Shown here: positions 58,931 through 64,000 of the stretch, piece after piece | Layout of the letters: each line of letters opens with the position of its first letter | Numbering within the stretch: position 1 is the stretch's first letter | DNA from: Chloroflexota bacterium | GTDB lineage: Bacteria; Chloroflexota; Dehalococcoidia; Lucifugimonadales; Lucifugimonadaceae | Assembly (NCBI GenBank): GCA_002719295.1 | Contig: PBHC01000016.1 | Coordinates: 1 to 64,000, forward strand | Direction: 5' to 3' | DNA: 64,000 nucleotides | Notes under the pieces: generated by a model | Seen by the model: the letters and a program-made list of their open reading frames with translations, nothing else | Database searches by the model: none | What the model was told of the DNA's origin: nothing | Position numbers and translations under genes: made by a program

Positions 58931-60241
58931 CTAATAATCTTTTTCAATCAATTTTATGATTTTATCTGCTATATCAACCGAATAATTTGTTCCTCTGTCT
59001 TCAGGATATATTTGAGCTGTATTGCCACTATACAATCCTTTTATAGGTAATCTTAATGGAATTATTTTTGATGAATAGTTTATTGGAAATATTGGTTGGG
59101 CATAATGTATTTTGCTGAATCGAAATTCCTTGATCCATTTTTTAGTAAATTCATTGTTTATTTTTTTCATAAATGGTAAATATAAATCTAGTAATTCTTC
59201 ATAATTCAATTCAAGTAAAGGGTTATCTTTTTCAACGTAATTAGTTATATATAAAATATTACGGTTTGAATATGATTCTTTAGGAACAAGATTAGTGTGT
59301 TCAATTAAACCTAAAAATGGAAAATTATTATCAGCTATAGAAAGCCAATAATAATCAGAAACTTTCTTTTCAAGCACTAAAATCATTACTATAGCTGACA
59401 TGTAATCAACTTCATTCATGTCCTTTTTTAAAGAGCTGTCAAGATCAACTAATTTACCAAGGACACTATATGGAACAGTTGATATCACAATATCAAATTC
59501 TATGTTAGAAATGTTTGATTCAATGTCTTCAAAATTTATTGATTCAATTTGATTTGATTTTTCTATAATTTCAGTAACTTTTGTATTTAAAAAAAATTCA
59601 CCTCCATTATTCTTTATCTCATTTTCAAGTGTTTGAATTAAGTGTGAAAAAGAGTTTTTAGGATAACATAGAACCTCCTGTAATTTATAGTTGCGTGAAG
59701 AGACTCTTGTTTGAATTTTTGACCAGAACCAAGGCATAGGTATTTTATTGTAATATTTTCCAAATTTACCTTTCAAAAGTGGCTTAAAAATTATTTCAAA
59801 AGTTTTATTATTAACTTTTTTAGCAAGCCATTCAAAAGCTGTTTCATTTTCAATTTTTTTCCAATTTCTTAATAACTTTAATCTTATAGATATCAGAAAA
59901 AGCTTTATTCTTTCTGTAAAAGGAATTAAGGACAATCTTAACAAATCAAATGGTGATGTTGTTCTCCAAATTTTACCTTCTGAATATGTAGCTACCGTAG
60001 ATTTATACCAATTAAGTTCGTTCTTAATTCCTAATTCTTTATATAAATCGAGTATAGACTTGTCTGTCGCAAATAAGTGATGATATGCTTTTTCAATTTC
60101 AAAGTCTTCAATCTTTATGGTAGATGCTTGTCCACCTAAAAATGATCCAGATTCAAAAATAGAAATTTTGTGTCCTAATTTAGATAATTTATAACCGGCA
60201 GATAGACCGGTTATTCCTCCTCCAATTATACATATTCTCAT
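58931..60241 (-). CDS. FAD-dependent oxidoreductase (amine oxidase / protoporphyrinogen oxidase-like)
   Basis: IIGGGITGL, E....LGG, E..YHH.F..D, PLL.GKFG, IEHTN, AQP, YPEDRG.N. Confidence 0.85.
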   Translation of the reverse strand: MRICIIGGGITGLSAGYKLSKLGHKISIFESGSFLGGQASTIKIEDFEIEKAYHHLFATDKSILDLYKELGIKNELNWYKSTVATYSEGKIWRTTSPFDLLRLSLIPFTERIKLFLISIRLKLLRNWKKIENETAFEWLAKKVNNKTFEIIFKPLLKGKFGKYYNKIPMPWFWSKIQTRVSSRNYKLQEVLCYPKNSFSHLIQTLENEIKNNGGEFFLNTKVTEIIEKSNQIESINFEDIESNISNIEFDIVISTVPYSVLGKLVDLDSSLKKDMNEVDYMSAIVMILVLEKKVSDYYWLSIADNNFPFLGLIEHTNLVPKESYSNRNILYITNYVEKDNPLLELNYEELLDLYLPFMKKINNEFTKKWIKEFRFSKIHYAQPIFPINYSSKIIPLRLPIKGLYSGNTAQIYPEDRGTNYSVDIADKIIKLIEKDY

Positions 60242-60242
60242 A

Positions 60243-61205
60243 TTATTTCTTTAAAGCTATTTTTTGCATTGATAATATTATAAATCCAAGAATAGAAATT
60301 GGAATAAATAAAACTAAATGAACAATAATTATTACTGTAGCTCCTATAGATGATGTAATTCCCATCGCAAGGAAAGCTAATGTACCAAAAAATTCAAAAT
60401 TTCCTAAATTTCCAGGTAATGATGGAATTATTCCAGATAAATTAGTAATAGAACAAACAATTAAAATTATAGTGAATAAATATTTGTTTGAAATATCTAT
60501 AATAAAATAATCTGCAATAACAAAGTATACTAAGCTTTCAACTAGCCAAATAAGTATAGAAAGAAGCATTACAATTAGGTACTTATTATATGACTTGCAT
60601 TCATAAAAAAAGGATAACAAATCGTTAAATAGTGATAAAAATTTATGGATTATTTTTTCAAAAACACTTATTTTCTTCATTAAAAATAATGCTACTAATC
60701 CTAAGAAAAATATTCCCAAAAGCAATATTGCTGAATTCTTGATTTGAAAGAGCTTAAAATCAAATTTATCTATAAAAGGTAATGCAAATATCAATAATAA
60801 TACTAAAGCAACTACGTCAAAAAGTCTTTCAGTAAAAATAGTTGATAAAACTCTTATAAATGTTTTGCTTTCTGATTTTACAATTCTGTTTACTCTGTAT
60901 AGTTCACCTATTCTAAAAGGAAGTAAATTATTAGCCATATAACCTATTATTGTTTCATTTATCATATTAAATTTGTAATTATCAAAGAGTTCTAAATAAA
61001 TAACTTTCCATCTTAGATACCTCAATATCACAGATAAAAAATAAATTATTGTAGATATAAACAAAATTGGAAAAGTAATCTTTGAAATATTTTCAGTTAT
61101 TTCACTAAAATCATTTACTATTTTATAAATTCCAAATATAAATAAAGATGAAAAAAGTATAGAAAGTAAATTGTTAGTTTTTATAAATTTATTCAATGGA
61201 TTCAA
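60243..61205 (-). CDS. LPG-synthase TM / flippase-like membrane protein (UPF0104-like)
   Basis: R..RW, GY.ANNLLP.R.GE..R, ERLFD, PS.PG..G.FE. Confidence 0.85.
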   Translation of the reverse strand: MNPLNKFIKTNNLLSILFSSLFIFGIYKIVNDFSEITENISKITFPILFISTIIYFLSVILRYLRWKVIYLELFDNYKFNMINETIIGYMANNLLPFRIGELYRVNRIVKSESKTFIRVLSTIFTERLFDVVALVLLLIFALPFIDKFDFKLFQIKNSAILLLGIFFLGLVALFLMKKISVFEKIIHKFLSLFNDLLSFFYECKSYNKYLIVMLLSILIWLVESLVYFVIADYFIIDISNKYLFTIILIVCSITNLSGIIPSLPGNLGNFEFFGTLAFLAMGITSSIGATVIIIVHLVLFIPISILGFIILSMQKIALKK

Positions 61206-63192
61206 ATTTTTTGGATTTTATTAAGACAAAATTAGTGTCCCCAACTTTTGTTTGAAAGTCTCTATTTAAATAATATTCTGAGATTGAAACTCTTTTTTTA
61301 TTACTTATTATCATATCCGGAATATCATTTATGCTCATATTTCTATAGATACTTTCAGGAAACCATTTTCTATGGGGAATTGTTCTCTTAATATTATAAT
61401 CTGACAAAAATTCTTCTGGTATTTTTTCCATGTTTTTAGAGTTAACAAGTAAATAATCATATTTATGATCTAAAATTTCTATATTATCTATCCAAACAAC
61501 ATTTTTATTCTCACGCAAATACCACATCCACGGCCAAGCAAATCCATCTAAAGTATCAACTCCTACAATTAGATCTTCTTTTTTTATATATGAATCTTGA
61601 ATTTCTTTATTTAGTTGATGAATTGAGTTTGATGATTGAGTATATATCAACATATCGTAAGGTTCATCAGATAAATCAAATATAACTTTTGATGTAGTTT
61701 TTATCGTAAGTAAACTGAGCAAAATAAAAATTACTAACGATAATGAAATAGAAAACTGTTTTAGAGAAAAAATATCTTTTGATAAAAAACTAAATGAAAT
61801 AATTAAAATTGAAATAATCAAAAAAATAATATCGTAAAAATAGTTATTGTTTTCAACTGAATAATTAGTAAATATTAACTTTAGAGTTAGAAATATTATT
61901 ACAGAAGCTGATACAAAATATAGTAACAAAATTTCTTTTGATTTATCTAATAAACTTATTGATTTAGATATAAAAAAAGAAACAAGGAATATAAATGGAA
62001 TAACTAAATTTATCATTAGCCATGGCATTTTTTCTCCTGCTAAAGAAAAAGCCACTAGAGAAAAAATAGCAGTAAACGATAGAAATCTTTCAAAAAACTC
62101 TCCCTTTGTAAGGTAATAAATAGATAAAGGAAGTCCCATAAAAAAAATCAAAAATTCGTTTGTAAATAATATTATTATGTAGTAATAATATGGCTGCCCT
62201 CCTCTAGCAACATCATGTTGTGATAACCAATAACCTAATGATTGCCAATGACCTGTAATAATTCCAGAAGGATTTATAAAAAAAGTAGTAAACATAAGTA
62301 TAAAAATAATTAAAAATATACTTATTGATTTGAACCAAAGTTTTTTATCAATCATAAATCCAAATATGTTTGAAATAACAAATAACAAAAAAGTAATAAT
62401 TACAGCAACAACTATACCATTTCCAACTGGGAGTCCTGCAGGTATACCAGGGTAACTTTCAGGTGTAGATAATATCACTCCTAATGAAGACTGAAAGACA
62501 GATAACATTGGCGCAGCTAATGGAATTGTTATTAAAGATAAAATTAGAAATAATTTAGTAATATGATTTATTTCTATGATGTTAATTTTACCCAAGGCAA
62601 CATTTAATAAATCTTTAAATGAATAAAAAGATAAAAATATCAACACTCCTAAAAGATTCAAGTACATACTTTCTTTTATAGTAAAACCTAGTGCAATAAT
62701 TCCTACTATTTGAAATAACCAAATTTCTTTTTTTGTATTTACGTACTTTAGTATAAAAATAAAAAGCATTATCAATATTACTGACATAAAGACGTCATTT
62801 CTAGCAAATCTACTAAAATAAGCTAAAGAAGGAGAAATAGATATTAGAAAAGCAATTAATAAAGTTGATTTATCACCTATTTCTTTTCTTATTAAAACAG
62901 GAGATAACACTATCAAGAGACCTGCAATTGCAAAAGGAAGCCTTAGCAAAAAATCATTACTACCTAATATCCAAAAAACGCCTGAAAGAATGTTAAATAG
63001 AAACATACCATGGGTTAAAGGATTGTGTGAATAGTAATCACCGTTAGATGTAACGAATGAAAAATAACCATGCAAGCTTTCATCATGGTGAACTGCCCTA
63101 TTTCCTAGATCAATAAATCTAAACAAAAAAGCAATTATCAGGATATTAAGATAAGAAAAAAGATAAATGTTATTTTTAATTATGTTAGTCAT
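61189..63192 (-). CDS. TIGR03663-like PMT-type (GT-C) membrane glycosyltransferase
   Basis: L..R..HHDESLH, Y.H.PL.HG, R, SRF.RND, YW..QH...RG.QP.YYY, EKMPW, Y.Q, WP..WYLR; start taken at ATG 63192 (the track's 63225 start is also possible). Confidence 0.8.
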   Translation of the reverse strand: MTNIIKNNIYLFSYLNILIIAFLFRFIDLGNRAVHHDESLHGYFSFVTSNGDYYSHNPLTHGMFLFNILSGVFWILGSNDFLLRLPFAIAGLLIVLSPVLIRKEIGDKSTLLIAFLISISPSLAYFSRFARNDVFMSVILIMLFIFILKYVNTKKEIWLFQIVGIIALGFTIKESMYLNLLGVLIFLSFYSFKDLLNVALGKINIIEINHITKLFLILSLITIPLAAPMLSVFQSSLGVILSTPESYPGIPAGLPVGNGIVVAVIITFLLFVISNIFGFMIDKKLWFKSISIFLIIFILMFTTFFINPSGIITGHWQSLGYWLSQHDVARGGQPYYYYIIILFTNEFLIFFMGLPLSIYYLTKGEFFERFLSFTAIFSLVAFSLAGEKMPWLMINLVIPFIFLVSFFISKSISLLDKSKEILLLYFVSASVIIFLTLKLIFTNYSVENNNYFYDIIFLIISILIISFSFLSKDIFSLKQFSISLSLVIFILLSLLTIKTTSKVIFDLSDEPYDMLIYTQSSNSIHQLNKEIQDSYIKKEDLIVGVDTLDGFAWPWMWYLRENKNVVWIDNIEILDHKYDYLLVNSKNMEKIPEEFLSDYNIKRTIPHRKWFPESIYRNMSINDIPDMIISNKKRVSISEYYLNRDFQTKVGDTNFVLIKSKKFESIE

Positions 63193-64000
63193 ATAAGCCA
63201 AAAATCTTAAAATCTTTGTTTTCAAAAATCAAATTAAATTCATCAAAATTTGAATCATTATTAAGATCATATCTCTTTTTTTCAAATGTTGATAACAATA
63301 TATATTTGACGTTGTGCTGATTAAGCATCTCATTATCTATAGAGGGTGTGGTATAAAATTCTTCTATTTGATTATTTAGCTTTAAGATCATTTGAGAATC
63401 TGATCTCCATTGTAATTGATGGTTAACCCATGCTAATACAGTCGCACGACCTGTAGATGCAGAAATAATATTTGACCTAGTATAAGACTTTCCAACTCCT
63501 TCAAGAATAATAGATTCTTTAGGAATATTATTATTTATAAAATTAATTACTTCTTTCTCTGATTGATTTAAGAAATCTAAACCATTTGTGTTGAATGATC
63601 CTATATTATCAATAGACCTTGATCTTATTGCTGATACGTTCCACCATACTGATGGAATTATCAATAAAATTATTAATGTAATAGCTATATTTTTTTTTAT
63701 TTTACTTATTAATTTGATCAAATAAAAAATCAAGTAAAGAGATATTAAATTAAGAATTATATAGTTTATAAAATAGAACTTAAATACAGTGTTCATTCGA
63801 TTGTTAAATTTATCAACGATGTATATAAATTCTGTTCCAAAAATAACTACAAGTGAGCTAAATAGCAAAATCAATATATTTTTCATAAGATTTTCTTCAT
63901 TTTTTATAATTATTATCAAGGAAGATAACAAGAATGAGAAAAATATATTATTTATAAGAAAATTAAGAAATAGTTCAAAATTGAGATAAAAGCCAGGAAG
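63185..64000 (-). CDS. DUF2298 / TIGR03662 (Chlor_Arch_YYY) membrane protein, C-terminal part (start lies beyond the window)
   Basis: E..YI.D.F..RMNTVFKFY, LE..G.SY, S..TG..TVL.W..H..QWR; frame stays open from 63931 to 64000. Confidence 0.8.
   Translation of the reverse strand, partial: LPGFYLNFELFLNFLINNIFFSFLLSSLIIIIKNEENLMKNILILLFSSLVVIFGTEFIYIVDKFNNRMNTVFKFYFINYIILNLISLYLIFYLIKLISKIKKNIAITLIILLIIPSVWWNVSAIRSRSIDNIGSFNTNGLDFLNQSEKEVINFINNNIPKESIILEGVGKSYTRSNIISASTGRATVLAWVNHQLQWRSDSQMILKLNNQIEEFYTTPSIDNEMLNQHNVKYILLSTFEKKRYDLNNDSNFDEFNLIFENKDFKIFGLYD

Noticed and set aside
997..63989. Short antisense or alternate-frame ORFs in the supplied track (e.g. 997-1206, 14236-14646, 26265-26627, 48132-48527, 50867-51268, 63789-63989)
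   Set aside because: They lie within or across well-supported genes, lack RBS or motifs, and have the Ile/Ser/Phe/Pro-rich composition typical of shadow frames.

Overview
A very AT-rich (roughly 25-30% GC by eye), gene-dense chromosomal window with tiny or overlapping intergenic gaps. I saw no prophage, integrase, transposase or CRISPR array. Gene content suggests a streamlined, probably marine member of Chloroflexota/Dehalococcoidia (SAR202-like); this is an inference from a PTAT-repeat lipoprotein, the GERNNALATA tmRNA tag, a PAC2-family protein and a TIGR03662/TIGR03663 membrane pair. Housekeeping blocks: S41 protease-smpB-ssrA; classical menaquinone genes menF-D-H-B-A-C-E; mutL; pyrD; rnd-alaS-ruvX-aroE-aroC-aroK-aroB; coaE; tyrA-like-aroA-gmk-glycerate kinase-lhgO. 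Three regions stand out. (1) 29.9-36.5 kb: an eight-gene corrinoid methyl-transfer cluster with two Zn/thiol-activating methyltransferases (a homocysteine S-methyltransferase and an MtaA-like enzyme), one stand-alone corrinoid protein, a RACE-type activator and three uncharacterised proteins, but no recognisable MttB/MtaB or pterin-binding subunit. (2) 52.6-57.9 kb: a NuoE/NuoF/FDH-alpha-like module whose FDH-like subunit has lost the catalytic Cys/Sec-His, followed by thioredoxin, a tRNA-Sec with several stem mismatches and an unannotated 53-aa membrane ORF. (3) 58.9-64 kb: an archaea-shared putative membrane glycosylation locus. All calls come from motif reading only; no database searches were run.
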